Positions 36,912-51,576 are shown, numbered from the stretch's first letter. The stretch: 64,000 bases of DNA from Mobula hypostoma (GCF_963921235.1 NC_086097.1:3286001-3350000); one strand, 5' to 3'. Program-made: numbers and translations. Notes: a model not told the origin generated them from the letters alone.

Positions 36912-38838
36912 TCACCACTTCCTCATTAACACTCCATCCCTGAAATAATACCCAGCTGGTACTTTCTCAATCTCATCACCTGGAAGAGCTCTTTCTTTCA
37001 AGGCAGTAAGCTCAGGGTCTCTGGTCTGTTCCGCTATAAACTCCTTCCTGGACAGAGACAAATCTTTATAGTCAGCCCTAATACAAGGATCCTGTTCCAA
37101 TAATGATGGAAGGAAGGTCGCTGACAAGTCATCAAGATCTGAGTCCCGATTTGGGCTATCATGGGTAGCAGAACCATGCTGCACAGGACCATCCGCACTG
37201 GCAAGCTTCTTTGCCATAGCTCGAGTTACTGTACAGGATGGATAAACATTAGAATCCATCTTTGGGTCATCAGTGTTTGGCTTAGTCGTCAGCTGCACTG
37301 CAGGGACAACTTTACCACCTGCCAGGTCATTCCCTAACAACAAAGAAACACCCGTCACCAGTAAACTGGGCCGTAGTCCTATCTTAACCAGTCCTGAAAC
37401 TAACTCTGACTTCAAAATTACCTTGTGCAAAGGTACAGAAACAATGTCATCCCCAATGCCTTGAATAAAATTTACCTCACCAATGGCAGTCTCATCACTA
37501 AACTCTAGAACATTGTCTAACAAGAGTGACTGAGAAGCCCCAGTATCTCGAAGAATTTTCACTGGTACCGGGGATGACCCTTCGTTCACTGAAACAAACC
37601 CCTCTGACATAAAAGGAATGAATTCTTTTCTGACCAGATCAGACGTCTCAGCCTTTGACAGAGCTTCATCAGAAGGTCTGGAACCCTGTGGGTTTATAGG
37701 TGTTTCAAAGTGTTGAACACAGGCATCTGGAACTGCCTCCTTTTCCTTCTTCTTCCTTAGGAGGAAACAGTTAGCCATAACATGACCAGGTTTCCTGCAA
37801 TAGTGACAAGTAGGACCAGAATGTTTCTCCTTCAATTGTTTCCCTTCATCCTTACCTTTGTCACTAGACCCAGATTTAATTTCTGGTTTACCCTGACTAT
37901 CCGTGCTACCCTTGTGGAAGTTCTTACTTGGGGCAAACTTAAACTTGTGGGTTAAAGCAAACTCATCTGCTAATTTAGCAGATTCTTGCAAAGTAGCAGC
38001 ATCCTTCTCATCTAAATATGTCTTTATATCATTATGGATGCACCTTTTAAACTCTTCAATTAAAACCAACTCTTCCAATTTGTCAAAATCATCATCCATA
38101 TTTTTAGATGTGCACCATCGTTTAAAATACACAGACTTCTCATAAGCAAATTCCACATGAGTCTGGCTCACAGATTTCTTCAAATCCCTAAACCTTTGCC
38201 TATAAGCTTCTGGAACCAGTTCATAAGCTTTAAGCACAGCCTGTTTTACTGTCCCATAGTCAGCTGCATCGTCAACTGATAGGGCAGAATATGCTTGCTG
38301 AGCCTTACCCTTAATTACACTCTGTAACAGGAGAGGCCAACCGTCTCTTGCCACTGTAGGTTCTGAGCAACTTTCTCAAAATTTCAACCTTGGCCTCATC
38401 AAACAGAGGAACCAATTTAACTTCCCGACTGGCAACAAACTTATCCCTAGAGCCAGAAATATGACTCTCGAGCCTTAACTTTTCCATCTTTATCTTAAAC
38501 TGCCTTTGTCTTTCTCTTTTCCTTTCCTCAGCTTTTAATCTAAGTTTCTCTCGCTTGAACTTTAATTGTTCCAGCCATAACTGAAGCTCAGGGTTACCTG
38601 GTTTACTTTCAGAAAACCTTTCTAATATCTCCTCTTCAAACACCTCCGTAGATATGTAGTGCTCAGCTCTTCTCCTCTGAATCTCTGACTTTCTCATAGC
38701 TGGCCTTACCGTAACAAGGTCCAGCTTATTAGCAATGACCAACAACTCTTTCTTTCTGACTTCCTCTAATGCCTCAGAGGTTGGTGATGCCAGAAATTTA
38801 TCAATATCCATTGCTGCTTGTTTCCACACACAAATCAA
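36912..38838 (-). pseudogene. Gag (SCAN-like capsid CTD, CCHC knuckle) - aspartic protease
   Basis: AYELVPEAYRQRFR..LIEEFK, CHYCRKPGHVMANC, LRDTGASQSL; frameshift near 38350. Confidence 0.9.
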
Positions 38839-38900
38839 TCAAAAGGGAAGTAACCATCAGATTGATAATCAATCAATCAATAAGCTTCAATTTGTTCAAA

Positions 38901-38918
38901 ATCCCAGAGGAGCCCCCA
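38901..38918 (-). promoter_or_regulatory. Primer binding site, tRNA-Pro
   Basis: tgggggctcctctgggat versus canonical tgggggctcgtccgggat (16/18), 5 nt from the 5' LTR end. Confidence 0.88.
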
Positions 38919-38923
38919 ATTTA

Positions 38924-39773
<850 letters not shown>

Positions 39774-39974
39774 GCCCGAATGGTCTAATTCTGCTCCTAC
39801 GTCTTATGGTCTTACGGTGAGATTTACTGTGGAGTTCAAAGCTTGAACCTGTTCATTTGCAAAGTGACTGAAGCTGGATGGACTTTGAGGGACAGATGCT
39901 GAGGAAGATTGGGAGGGACTGCTGTAAACCCAGCAACTCTGGCCCATTAACTCTTGCTTCTCTTCCAAAATATT

Positions 39975-40405
39975 TAGAAACATAGAAACATTGAGTGCTA
40001 CAGCACAGAACAGGCCCTTTGGCCCATTCAATCCATGCCAAAGTATTAATCTGTTTAATCCTATCGATGTGCACCCGGACCATGGCCTTCCATACCCTCC
40101 CTATCCATGTACCTATCCAAACTTCTCTTAAATGTTGCAATTGAATCTCAATCCATCACTTCTGCCAGCAGCTCGTTCCACACTCTCACCACCCTCTAAG
40201 TGAAGAAGTTTCCCCTCATGTTCGCCTTAAACTTTTCATCTTCACCCTTAACCCCTGACCTCTAGTTCTAGTCTCACCCAACTTCAGTGGAAAAGTCCTG
40301 CTTGTATTTCCCCTATCCATATCCCTCATAATTTTGTATATCTCTATCAAATCTCCTCTCAGTCTTCTATGTTCTAGGGAATAAGGTCCTAAACTATTCA
40401 ACTGT
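39975..40405 (-). mobile_element. CR1 3' fragment
   Basis: ORF 40216-40401 YSLEHRRLRGDLIEIYKIM. Confidence 0.85.
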
Positions 40406-40649
40406 TTGGTATTTTCCTGATTCTAGATACAGAATTGGTGAGGAACTGGCAAATGGAGCTCTGTACAATAGACTATGAGGTAGAGTTTTTGTGAGGAAAA
40501 TAGAGAATTCATGCTTATTGGAAGGCAAATATGGAAATGGGGTATGCAAATAAAGGAGTGGAAGACACAATAAACATGCACCAATGGAAATGACTCAGGT
40601 TCAAGCAAGCATCTTCTACCTGCTGTTGGAATCTTACCCAGTAGACAAA

Positions 40650-41048
40650 TAGCACAGTGTAGCAGTCTGCCTGACACTATTACAACTCAGAGTGTTGGAT
40701 TTCAGAGCTCATTTCCCACTGATGTCTGTAAGTAGTTTGTACATTGACTGTGTGGGTTTCCTCCAGGTGCTCCAGATTCCTCCCACAGACCAAAAAAGTA
40801 CTGGTTGGTAGGTTAATTGTTCATTGTAAATTGTCCTGTGATTGGGCTAGTGGTAACTAGGCTCATTGCTACTGGGTGGTGGTAACTAGGCCCGATGCTA
40901 CTGGGTGGCGGTAACTAGGCCCGTTGCTACTGGGTGGCGGTAACTAGGCCCGTTGCTACTGGGTGGCGGTAACTAGGCCCGTTGCTACTGGGGTGTGGCT
41001 TGATGGGAGGGAACAGCCTGTTCCATGCTGTATCTCTTAATAAATAAA
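40650..41048 (+). mobile_element. V-SINE with internal 29-bp tandem array (40852-40991, about 4.8 copies)
   Basis: V domain gtgggtttcctccaggtgctcc; unit ggtaactaggcccgttgctactgggtggc. Confidence 0.8.
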
Positions 41049-41214
41049 TTCATGAAGAAGGCTATTATAAATTCCCTGATAATTGTAAATCTAAAATGAA
41101 AAACCAGGTGAATGACGTCCTCTATAGTACTTCCCTCTTCCAAAATTTGATGCCATTCACAAACTCCAAAGCTGTATTTCTGTGTCCATTTTAAATGAGG
41201 GATGAGCCACTTGA

Positions 41215-41685
41215 CAATGCTGGAGGAGCTCAGCAAGCCAGGGTGGAAATAAACAGTCGAAGCTTCAGGCTGAGATGTCTCGTAAGGATCAGAAAGGATG
41301 GAATAGAAGCCAGAAGGAAAAGGTGGGAGGGGGTGGGCAGAGGGGTACAAGCTGGTAGGTGATAGGTGAGATCAGGTGAGGGAGATGGTGGGTGGGCAGG
41401 GGAGGGGGGATGAATTAAGAAGTTGGAGGGATGGATGGAAGAAGAATGTCTGAGGAAGACAATCTGATCGAAGAGGACAGTCGATGATGAGAGAGAGAGA
41501 TAGAGGAGGACCACCAGAGGGAGGTGATGGGAAGATCAGCAGAACTGAAGGGGAGTGAGGGGCTCACCAGATTGGGAATGGAAAAAGAAGTGGTCAAGGG
41601 GAATAATTAGTGAAGTTGGAGAAATCGATGCTCATGCTCTCAGGTTAGAGTCTACGCAGACAGAACATGAGGTGTTGCTCCTCTG
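41215..41685 (-). mobile_element. Penelope-like 3' fragment, old
   Basis: Minus strand EEQHLMFCLRRL*PESMSIDFSNF; layout as 13945-14482; decayed hammerhead at 41254-41290. Confidence 0.8.
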
Positions 41686-42124
41686 ACTACTATTTTGTGT
41701 TTCCCAGTACATTGTGAATGGACTTAAGTCAAGGATCTAAGGCATAGTATAACATATTGGGCCTTCTAGAAATCTAAATGTATTATGTCAACAGGTTTAG
41801 GAATAGCTATTACCCTACGACCGTCAGACTCCTGAGACAGTGTGGGTAGCTTCACTCACCCCAACTCAACACATCTCAACCTACAGACTCACTTTCAAAG
41901 ACGTTGTACAATTCATGTTCCCAGTATTTTGTTTGTATTGGTGCTGTTTGTCTTTTATGCACATTGATGGTTTGTCAGTCTTTGTTAATGTATTGCTTTC
42001 ATAAATTCTATTGTAACATATACATATATACTTTGATAATAAATTTTAATTTGACTTTTTCTATTGCATTACCATTATTCAACTTTATCTTAAAACTTGA
42101 TAAAATTGGTTGAACATGATATAT

Positions 42125-42410
42125 TTATTTATGTATTTGCTTATTTAGACAAATAGTGTGAAACAGGCCCTTCTGGTCCAACGAGCCACCACCCAGCTAC
42201 CCAGCTATTTCACCCTAGCCTAATCACAGGACAATTTACAATGACCGGTATGTCCTTGGGAAAAAACTGGAGCACCCGGTGGAAATCCATGTAGTTATGG
42301 GAAGAACATGCAAACTCCATTAACGGCACTGGAACTGGAATTGCACTCTGAAGTGAAATGCCCTGAGCTGTAATTGTGTCAGGCCAATTGCTACACTACC
42401 CTGGCACCCG
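42125..42410 (-). mobile_element. V-SINE
   Basis: Similar to 2850-3139. Confidence 0.7.
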
Positions 42411-42689
42411 TCCTTTCTGGAATATGAGAATTATTCTATGGAATTTTCCCTTTATCTGTCCTATATCATACATAAAATATAATTCCATGGTTACTTATTC
42501 TTTATTTTTAAGTCACTTTAGATTTCTTCATAAACTTTGGCACATTACCAAATAATTTTTTCGTATAGACATGCAAGTAACTCGTTGAATAAATTGAAGT
42601 TTCTGATTGTAATATCAACTTGTAATGTCAACAAGATTTGTTTGGATCATTTGTTCAGCTGGGTGCATTAAATCATTTTCTTTTTATTA

Positions 42690-43003
42690 TCCTGCTTGAG
42701 CTGTCAGGTCCCTTTCCACCGGTCTCTTAAATTTGAACAATCTCCCTGAAAAGATAATTGGCATGTCAGGTTTTCTGAGCTGTGCTCCTAAACAGTAGAA
42801 CTCGATACCTAAAACTATAAGGGATGCAGACTCAGTCAACACTTTTAAACATCAACTCAACACCTATTTACTTAACCTTGCTTTTAACCGACATTCTTTT
42901 GTCTTTTATTTTCACGTTTGTACTTTATCCCATTGTAAAGCACTTTGAACTGCAACGTCTGTATGAAAAGTCCTTTGTAAATAAGTTGTTATTATTATAA
43001 TAA
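42690..43003 (+). mobile_element. L2 LINE 3' end
   Basis: NSIPKTIRDADSVNTFKHQLNTYLLNLAF; L2-type tail tgtaaagcactttga...aaataa(tta)n. Confidence 0.8.
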
Positions 43004-43657
43004 TCAGGAATTCAGTATCACAATGGGAACTGTGTTTCCTCCACTTGGTGATGCACTGTTTACAGTACCAGAGAGACAACTGATTTGGCATCTCCAAGTA
43101 AATGAGAGATGTTTAAGGGCCGATTCCATTGCCATCTGGGCATACAGAGAGGCATTGATAGATGACACAAAACAGTGCCACTATTATTCACATTACATCT
43201 CAGTATAAGTGACTGCTTTGTGTGTTAATTCCTTCTCTACTTAGACTCCTTGACAAGGATAAACAAGTGCACAATAGAATATGTGTGATGCCACTGTTAA
43301 ATACATAATTCCTCTAGTTGAAAAAGTTAATATGTTTATATATTTTAATTACATCTTTTGTTACAGCTTTGAAAAAAATTGCTGCTTAATAAAAAATCAT
43401 TTACATTGTCTTGCTCCATTGGTGAAATGAGTAAAGTTTATAGAATATGGAATTGTCGTGCCATGGTCTGACCACCTGGGGTGGCCAGAGTGCTCCAGGA
43501 TCCAACACTCCTCGCCTCCCCCCCCCCCCAATTACTAGCTGATTATTTTCATGGGGTCTTACTTTAGTTATCAATGCACTTGTTCCTTGTTTTGTTGGCC
43601 TATTTAAGTTCCTTCATGTTTGTTTGTCTTCGCTCAACCTTGAGCTTAACTACCCTG

Positions 43658-44694
43658 AAAGATACATAATTCCCTGAAAGTGGTGTCACAGGTAGACAGG
43701 GTTGTAAAAAAGGCTTTTGGCATCCTGGCATTCATAAATCAAAGTATTGAGTATAGGAATTGGGACATTATGGTGAGGTTGTATAAGACATTGGTGAGGC
43801 CAAATTTGGAGTATTGTGTGCAGTTCTGGTCACCTAACTATAGGAAGGATATCAGTAAGATTGAAAGAGTGCAGAGAAGATTTACTAGGATGTTGCCGGG
43901 ACTTCAGGAGTTGCGTTACATAGGGCATAGAACATAGAACATAGAATAGTACAGCACAGTACAGGCCCTTCGGCCCACAATGTTGTGCCGACCCTCAAAC
44001 CCTGCCTCCCATATAACCCCCCACTTTAAATTCCTCCATATAACTGTCTAGTAGTCTCTTAAATTTCACTAGTGTATTTGCCTCCACCACTGACTCAGGC
44101 AGTGCATTCCACGCACCAACCACTCCGAGTAAAAAACCTTCCTCTAATATCCCTCTTGGACATCCCACCCCTTACCTTAAAGCCATGTCCTCTTGTATTG
44201 AGCAGTGGTGCCCTGGGGAAGAGGCGCTGGCTATCCACTCTATCTATTCCTCTTAATCCACTCTATCTCCTACATGGAAAGATTGAACAGGTTAGAACTT
44301 TATTCCTTGGAGTGTAGAGCAACGAAGGGGGATTTGATAGAGGTTTACAAAATTATGAGGGGTATAGACAGAGTAAATGCGAGTAGGCTCTTTCCACTTA
44401 GATTATGAGAGATAAATACGAGAGGACATGGTTTTGGGTGAAAGGAGGAAAGGCTTAGGGGGAACTTCTTCACTCAGAGAGTGGTGGGAGTGTGGAACAA
44501 GCTGCCATTTGACGTGGTAAATGCAGTCTCACTCTTAAGTTTTAAGAATAAATTGGATAGGTACATGGACGGGAGAGGTCTGGAGGGTTATGGACTGGGT
44601 GCAGGTCAATGGGACTAGCGGAATAAAGTTTGGGCACAGACTAGAAGGGCCGAGTGGCCTGTTTTCTGTGCTGTAGTGTTCTATGGTTCTATGG
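43658..44694 (+). mobile_element. CR1 3' fragment with nested inverted young CR1 (43927-44255)
   Basis: TSD taccctg 43651-43657 / 44695-44701; ORF 43680-43937; inner copy matches the 34345-34802 family. Confidence 0.9.
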
Positions 44695-45547
44695 TACCCT
44701 GTGTGTAGTGTTTCTCGAGTCCCAGCCTGTGTTCTCTACTAACCAATCCACAAGTAATGATCCTTTGTTCAATCCCATCCTGACCTGAGTTGAGCAGTCT
44801 TTCATTGATTATGTTATGGTTATTATTCTATAGATTTATTGAGTATGCCTGCAAGACATGAATCTTATAGTTGTATATGGTGACATATATGTAATGTGAT
44901 AATAAATTTATTTTGAACTTTGTTCCTGGTCTCCTTTGCACTTTGCTCTGGTTTAAGTCTTTCCTGGAAGTCCACAGGTTGAAGATGCAGGACTCAACCA
45001 TAACAACCCCTGGTTCAAAGCCAACGTTTGCACCCCCGCCCCCCCGTTATAGAAGTGGATTAGGCATATTGTCATGAAGTGAAGTGTGTTGCAATACTAA
45101 CTCTAGTCAAAGTGAAATTCTTGGCTGTATGAATGGCGCGTCCCAGTTAAACATTAAAAAAAACTCGTATCTTTTGAGCTTACCTTTGAATAATTCTGAA
45201 TCTTCATGCTCAACAATGCTTAAGTTCGAAGAAGAACAAATGAAAAGAGGAGCATTTGGCCCCTCAAGCTTCCTCACCCCTCCATCTGGTCATGGTTGTT
45301 TTGTCCCCGGCATCAGCTTCTCCTCTCTGCCAGATGCTCATAGCCCTCAATTGCCTTTACGCCTACACTTACAGGAGTTCAGTGAGAACCTCACTCACTG
45401 TGGTCTCTGCTTCTCTCCAACCACGATCTCCCCTTTTGTCTTCTCCTCACCCACCTGTCATCTTCCCCTCTGGGCCTCGAAAGGCCTGGTGTCCCTTTAA
45501 GTAGTTGCAACTTTTCACATCGTTGAGAAACAGCATCATTAACAGCA

Positions 45548-46012
45548 GATTAGATTAGATTATGAGGACACTCAGTCCTCATTTATTGTCATTTAGAAAT
45601 GCATGCATTAAAAAATGATACAATGTTCCTCCAGAATGATATCACAAGAAACACAAGACAAACCAAGACTAAATCTGACAAAACCTCATAATTATAACAT
45701 ATAGTTACAACAGTGCAAAGTAATACCGTAATTTGATAAAGAGCAGACCATGGGCACGGTAAAAAAAGTCTCAAAGTTCCGATAGCCTCATCATCTCACG
45801 CAGACGGTAGAAGGGAGAAACTCTCCCGCCATGAACCTCCAAGCGCCGCAAACTTGCCAATGCAGCACCATTGGAAGCACCCGACTGCAGCGGGCTCAGA
45901 GTCCGTCCAAAAACTTCGAGCCTCCGACCAGCCCTCTGACACCAAGCACCATCCCGCCCCAGCCGCCAGGCAACAGGGAAAGTCGAGGACTCAGGGCCTC
46001 CTCCTCTGGAGA
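45548..46012 (-). mobile_element. Non-coding retroposon related to 19004-19622
   Basis: Shared 3' end atgcatgcatt.ctaaatgacaataaa.gaggactg.gtgtcctcataatctaa. Confidence 0.6.
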
Positions 46013-46279
46013 TGACTGATAATCTTCATCATGTCTTGCTCGGGCTTTGACCAGTTCATTCTAATTACAGGATGTGGGCTGCAGCCGGGCGGGTTGCTCA
46101 TTGCATGAACTGAGAGTGATTAAGAGGCATATTGCTGTAAGTGTGTGGTCAAGCTTTGATGAGATAGAGTAGGTGCAGAAGTACAGCAGCTCACCCTACT
46201 TGTACATCATTAGTCACTCAGTAGGTTTTGTTTACACCAATCCAGTTGTTTCTCAGCAACTATAATGTTTCTTCAATTT

Positions 46280-46700
46280 ACAGTACTGTGCTTCCACTTT
46301 AAATATACCCAATGACTTGGCCTGTACAGCTGCCTGTGGCAATGAATTCCACAGATTCACCACTCTCGGACTAAAGAAATTCCTCCCCATCTCTGTTCTA
46401 AGTGGACATCCCTCAATTCTGAGGCTGTGTCCTCTCGTCCTAGACTCCCCCACTATAGGAAACATCCTCTCCACAGCCACTCTGTCCAATATTCGATAGG
46501 TTTCAATGAGATTCCCCCAGTCATTTTTCTAAACTTCAGTGAATACGGGTCCAGAGCCATCAAACACTCCTCATGTGTTAACGCTTTCATTCCTGGAATT
46601 ATTCTAGTGAACCTCCTCTGGATTTTCTCTAATGCCAGCACATGTTTTCTAAGATAAGGGGCACAAACTGCTCAAAGTGTAGTCTCCCCAATGCCTTATC
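46280..46700 (-). mobile_element. CR1 fragment
   Basis: ORFs 46253-46489 and 46453-46641. Confidence 0.85.
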
Positions 46701-46707
46701 AGAATCA

Positions 46708-47035
46708 GGGCATCTTCAAGGAGCGGTGTCTCAGAAAGGCAGTGTCCATAATTGAAGACCTCCAGCACCCAGGGCATGCAGTTTTCTCACTGTTACCATC
46801 AGGAAGGAGGTACAGAAGCCTGAAGGCACACACTCAGCGATTCAGGAACAGCTTCTTCCCCTCTGCCATCCAATTCCTAAATTCCCAACCTCATTTTTTA
46901 AAATATATAGTATTTCTGTTTTTGCATGTCTTTTTATCTATTCAATATACGTATATTGTAATTTATTTATTTGTTTATTTATTTATTTATTATTATTATT
47001 ATTATTTTATTTTGTTTTTTCTTCTATATTATGCA
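46708..47035 (+). mobile_element. Rex1 3' end
   Basis: ERCLRKAVSIIEDLQHPGHAVFSLLPSGRRYRS. Confidence 0.88.
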
Positions 47036-47037
47036 TT

Positions 47038-47925
47038 TGTCACAGTGCGGAGAAAGGGTGGACCCAAATGCAGGACACAAACACGTTTTGTAGGGTTAAC
47101 TAAATAGAGTCTATTAATGATCACAAGGAAAGCTAATTTGTCACAGTGTGGAGAAAGGGTGGACCCAAATGCAGGACACAAGCACATTTTGTAGGGTTAA
47201 CTAAATAGAGTCTATTAATGATCACAAGGAAAGCCATGATGCAAGGATAGAACAGAGAGAAATCAGCGGAAGCGGGAATAAGCATAATGGACTCAGGACT
47301 CAGGCCCTGGACTTAGGCTGGGACTCAGGATCTGGACTAGGGCTAAGACTAAGAAAGCAGGACCAGGACAAGGAACTTGGAACTAGGAGCCTGGGCTAGG
47401 ACTCCGAGCCAGAGACTGGACAGGGACCCAGAAGCTGGGTCTCGACTCAGGCTCGGACCCCGGATCTAGGCGAGAACAAGATGTGGCTAGGCTACAGGAC
47501 AAGGCACATGGACAGGACACAGACTCGGAGCTGGGACAGGAACACAGACTTGGGCTTAGGGATGAGACATGGAACTTGGGACCCAGACTTGGACTTGATA
47601 CTTGGAACTTGGAGCCAGAACTTGATACTTGGAACTCAGAGCTTGGACTTAGAACTCAAACACAGGACATAGAACACTGAGCAGGGACTCCTCCTTCGAC
47701 ACAGGACATGGAGCTGAGGACTCTTCTTTTTCACGGGACAGACTCAAACACAGGACATAGAACACTGAGCTGGGAATCCTCCTTAGACACAGGACAGAGT
47801 TGGGACTCTTCTTATTCATTGGACAGACTTAGACACAGTACATAAAACACTGAGCCGGGAAGCCTCCTTAGACACAGGACGGAGTCAGGACTCTTCTTGA
47901 CACAGGGTCAGGACCCTTCCAGGGT
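47038..47925 (-). mobile_element. LTR fragment with 101-bp terminal tandem duplication and internal repeats
   Basis: ggtggacccaaatgcaggacaca resembles the LTR end at 20670; units at 47038 and 47139. Confidence 0.65.
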
Positions 47926-48220
47926 ACAAGGCCTCAGGATAGAGGGGCGCCCTTTCAAAACAGAGATGCAGAGAAATTTCTTGAGCCAGAGGGTGGTGAA
48001 TGTGTTGCCACATGCAGCTGTGGAGGCCAGATCGCTGGGTGTACTTAAGCAGAGTTTGATAGGTTCTTGTTTGGACATGGCATCAAAGGTTACGGGGAGA
48101 AGGCCAGGAAATGGGGTTGAGGAGGAGAAAAAAAAGGCATCAGCCATGATTGAATGGCAAAGCAGACTTGATGGGCCAAATGGCCTGATTCTGATTCCTA
48201 GTCTTATGGTCTTATGGTCT
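47926..48220 (+). mobile_element. CR1 3' end
   Basis: GRPFKTEMQRNFLSQRVVN, tail tcttatggtcttatggtc. Confidence 0.88.
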
Positions 48221-48307
48221 AAGTTTTCCTGAATTGTTGACTGTGTGCCTTCAGTCTCCTGTACCTCCTCCTTGATGGTAACCAAGAGAAAAGGGTGTGA
48301 ACATGAG

Positions 48308-48500
48308 AACAGGAGAAAGTCTGCAGATGCTGGAAATCCAAAGTAACACACACAAGATGCTGGAGGAACTCAGCAGGTCAGGTAGCATCTATGGAAAAAA
48401 GTAAACAGTCAACATCTTGGCCCAAAATATCGACTGTTTATCCTTTCCCATAGATGCTGCCTGATCTGCTGAGTTCCTCCAGCGTTTTGTTTGTGTTGCT
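48308..48500. mobile_element. Fold-back element made of two inverted Penelope ends, inserted in a Rex fragment
   Basis: About 75-bp imperfect inverted arms centred near 48420. Confidence 0.8.
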
Positions 48501-49179
48501 GTAGAAGACGGCATGTCCGAGATGACAGGGGTCCTCAATAATAGCATCAGTTTCTTGAGGCATTGCTTTCTGAAGATGTCTAAAATGCTGTGGAGGCTCA
48601 TGCCACATGGAGCTGGGTGAGCTTGCTAGTTTCTGTGGCTTTTCCCGATTCTATTTATGCAAAGCCCATAAGTATCTGCATAGCCTGTGTTTAGTTCATC
48701 CCCTTCCTAACTCTGTAATCTCCTTCACACTAGTAAACCTCCTCCTAGTTCAGCAATGACTTTAATCATTCTTGAAATTGATTGTTCACCATTTGTGGCC
48801 ATGTCCTGAACTCTCATGGTTGGATTATCAGTAACTCCTTTCTGAAACTTTGCTATCTCTCTCCTCACTGAAGACATAAAACCCACATACTTGATTAAAC
48901 GCTGTATTCCTGTGCCCTGTCAAATTGTGTTGGATTCCCTACAAGAATCACTAAAGGTTAACTTGCAAGTTGAGTGAGGAGGGCAAATGAAATGTTAGCA
49001 TTCATTTTGAAAGGACGAGAATATAAAGCAAGGAGGTAATGCTGAGGCTTTATAAGACGGTGACAGGCTGTATCACTCTCTGGTGTGGGCGGGCTGCTGT
49101 ACAGGACTGAAAGAAGCTGCAGAGGGTTGTAAATTTAGTCGACTCCATCTTGAGTACTAGCCTGCATCTTCAAGGAGTG

Positions 49180-50925
49180 GGTTCCTTTCCACATCAACTC
49201 TGTCTAGGCCTTTCTACATTCAAAAGATTTACCAGGATGCTGCCTGGTTTAGAGAGTATGCATTATGATCAGACATTAAGGGAGCTAGGGCTTTACTCTT
49301 TGGAGAGAAGGAGGATGAGAGGAGACATGATAGAGGTGTACAAGATAATAAGAGGAATAGATAGAGTGGATAGCCAGCGCCTCTTCCCCAGGGCACCACT
49401 GTTCAATACAAGAGGACATGGCTTTAAGGTAAGGGGTGGGAAGTTCAAGGGGGATATTAGAGGAAGGTTTTTTACTCAGAGAGTGGTTGGTGCGTGGAAT
49501 ACTCTGCCTGAGTCAGTGGTGGAGGCAGATACACTAGTGAAGTTTAAGAGACTACTAGACAGGTATATGGAGGAATTTAAGGTGGGGGCTTATATGGGAG
49601 GCAGGGTTTGAGGGTCGGCACAACATTGTGGGCCGAAGGGCCTGTACTGTGCTGTACTATTCTATGTTCTATGTTCAATGAGGTCTATCCTCAGCCTTCT
49701 AAATTCCAGTGAGTACAGACCTAGAGCCATCAAACATTCCTTGTATGATAAACCTTTCATTCCTGGAACGATCCTTGTGAACCTCCTCTGGAGCCTCTCC
49801 AATGCCAGCACATCTTTTCTAAGATGAGAAGCCCAAAACTGTTCACAATACTCAAGGTGAGACCTCACCAGTGCCTTATAAAGCCTCAGCATCACATCCC
49901 TGCTCTTGTATTCTAGACCTCTTGAAATGAATGCTAACATTGTATTTGCCTTCCTCACCACTGACTCAACCTGCAAGTTAACTCCCAAGTCCCTTTGCAG
50001 CTCAGATCTTTGGATTTTCTCCCCATTTAGAAAAATAGTCTGCACATTTATTTTTACTACTAAAGTGTATGACCATGTTCCAACATTGTATTTCATTTGC
50101 CACTTTCTTGCCCATTACCCTAATCCGTCTAAGTCCTTCTGCATCCTACCTGTTTCCTCAACACTACCTGCCCCTCCGCCAATCTTCATATCATCTACAA
50201 ACTTGGCAACAAAGCTATCTATTTCATCATCTAAATCATTTACATACAATATAAAAAGAAGTGGTCCCAACACCGAACCCCTGCAGACCATCACTAGTCA
50301 CTAGCAGCCAACCAGACAAGGATCCTTTCATTCCCACTTGCTGCCTCCTTCTAATCAGCCAATGCTCTAACCATGTTAGTAACTGTCCTGTAATACCATG
50401 AGCTCTTAACTTGGTAAGCAGCCTCATGTGTGGCAGCTTGTGAAAGGCCTTCTGAAAGTCCAAATATACAATATATCCCCTTTATCTATCGTACTTGTAA
50501 TCTCCTCAAAGAATTCCAACAGGTTCGTCAGGCAGGATTTTCCCTGAATGAAACCATGTTGACTTTGTCCTATCTTGTCCTGTGTCACCAATTATTCCAT
50601 CACCTTGTCCTTAATAATTGACTCTAACATTTTCCCAACCACTGAGGTCAGGCTAACTGGTCTATAATTTCCTTTCTGCTGCCTTCCTCCTTTCTTAAAG
50701 AGTGGAGTGACATTTGCAATTTTCCAGTCCTCTGGCACCATGTCAGAGTCCAATCATTTTTGAAAGATCATTTCTACTGCCTCCACAATCTCTACCGCTA
50801 TCTCTTTCAGAACCCTAGGGTACAGTTCATCTGGTCGGGGTGATTTATGTACCTTTAGGTCTTTCAGATTTTTGAGCACCTTCTCCCTTGTAATAGTAAC
50901 TCCACTCACTTCTCTTCCTTCACAC
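49180..50925 (-). mobile_element. Older CR1 RT fragment hosting a young CR1 3' end (49224-49673, +)
   Basis: ORFs 49662-50096, 50236-50463, 50754-50978; inner copy has TSD ttcaa 49219-49223 / 49674-49678. Confidence 0.9.
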
Positions 50926-51388
50926 ACTTTTCCCCCTCCACCATCAGATTTCTGAAAGAACAACGAACCCATGAACACTACCTCACTATTTTTGCACGAC
51001 TTATTTTATATTGTTATTATTGTAGTTGATATTTTATTAAAATATTGCAATGTATGGCTTATGCAAAACAGCAAACGTCATTATGTATGCATGCCAGTAA
51101 CGTTAAACCTGATTCTGTTAATAGACATTGAGTGAGTTAACGGAAACCGAAACATAAGTAATATATAACATTTCTAACAGGTCATATTGTGGCGCTTTTC
51201 CACCCAGCAAAGCTGAGAGTTGTTCCCTCAGAGGAGTTTCTCAGGCTGAAGTCTCCTTGAACTCAGCACTCCAGCTGAACCGGGAACATCCCGCAGAGCG
51301 TGGACCCCGGCCAGTGGAGCTGCTCCACTGACGCAAAGTGCAGGAGCTTCCTCAGTCCCGGTGGCTTCGGGCAGTCAGTCATACATGA

Positions 51389-51576
51389 CCAGCTCACATC
51401 TCAGCCCAATCCAGCTCACGTCTCAGCCCAATCCAGCTCACATCTCAGCTCAAATCCAGCTCACATCTCAGCCCAATCCAGCTCACGTCTCAGCCCAATC
51501 CAGCTCACATCTCAGCCCAGTCTCAGCCCAATCCAGCTCACGTCTCAGCCCAATCCAGCTCATGTCTCAGCCCAAT
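51389..51576. repeat. 22-bp minisatellite (ccagctcacatctcagcccaat)n, about 8.5 copies
   Basis: Direct reading. Confidence 0.95.
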
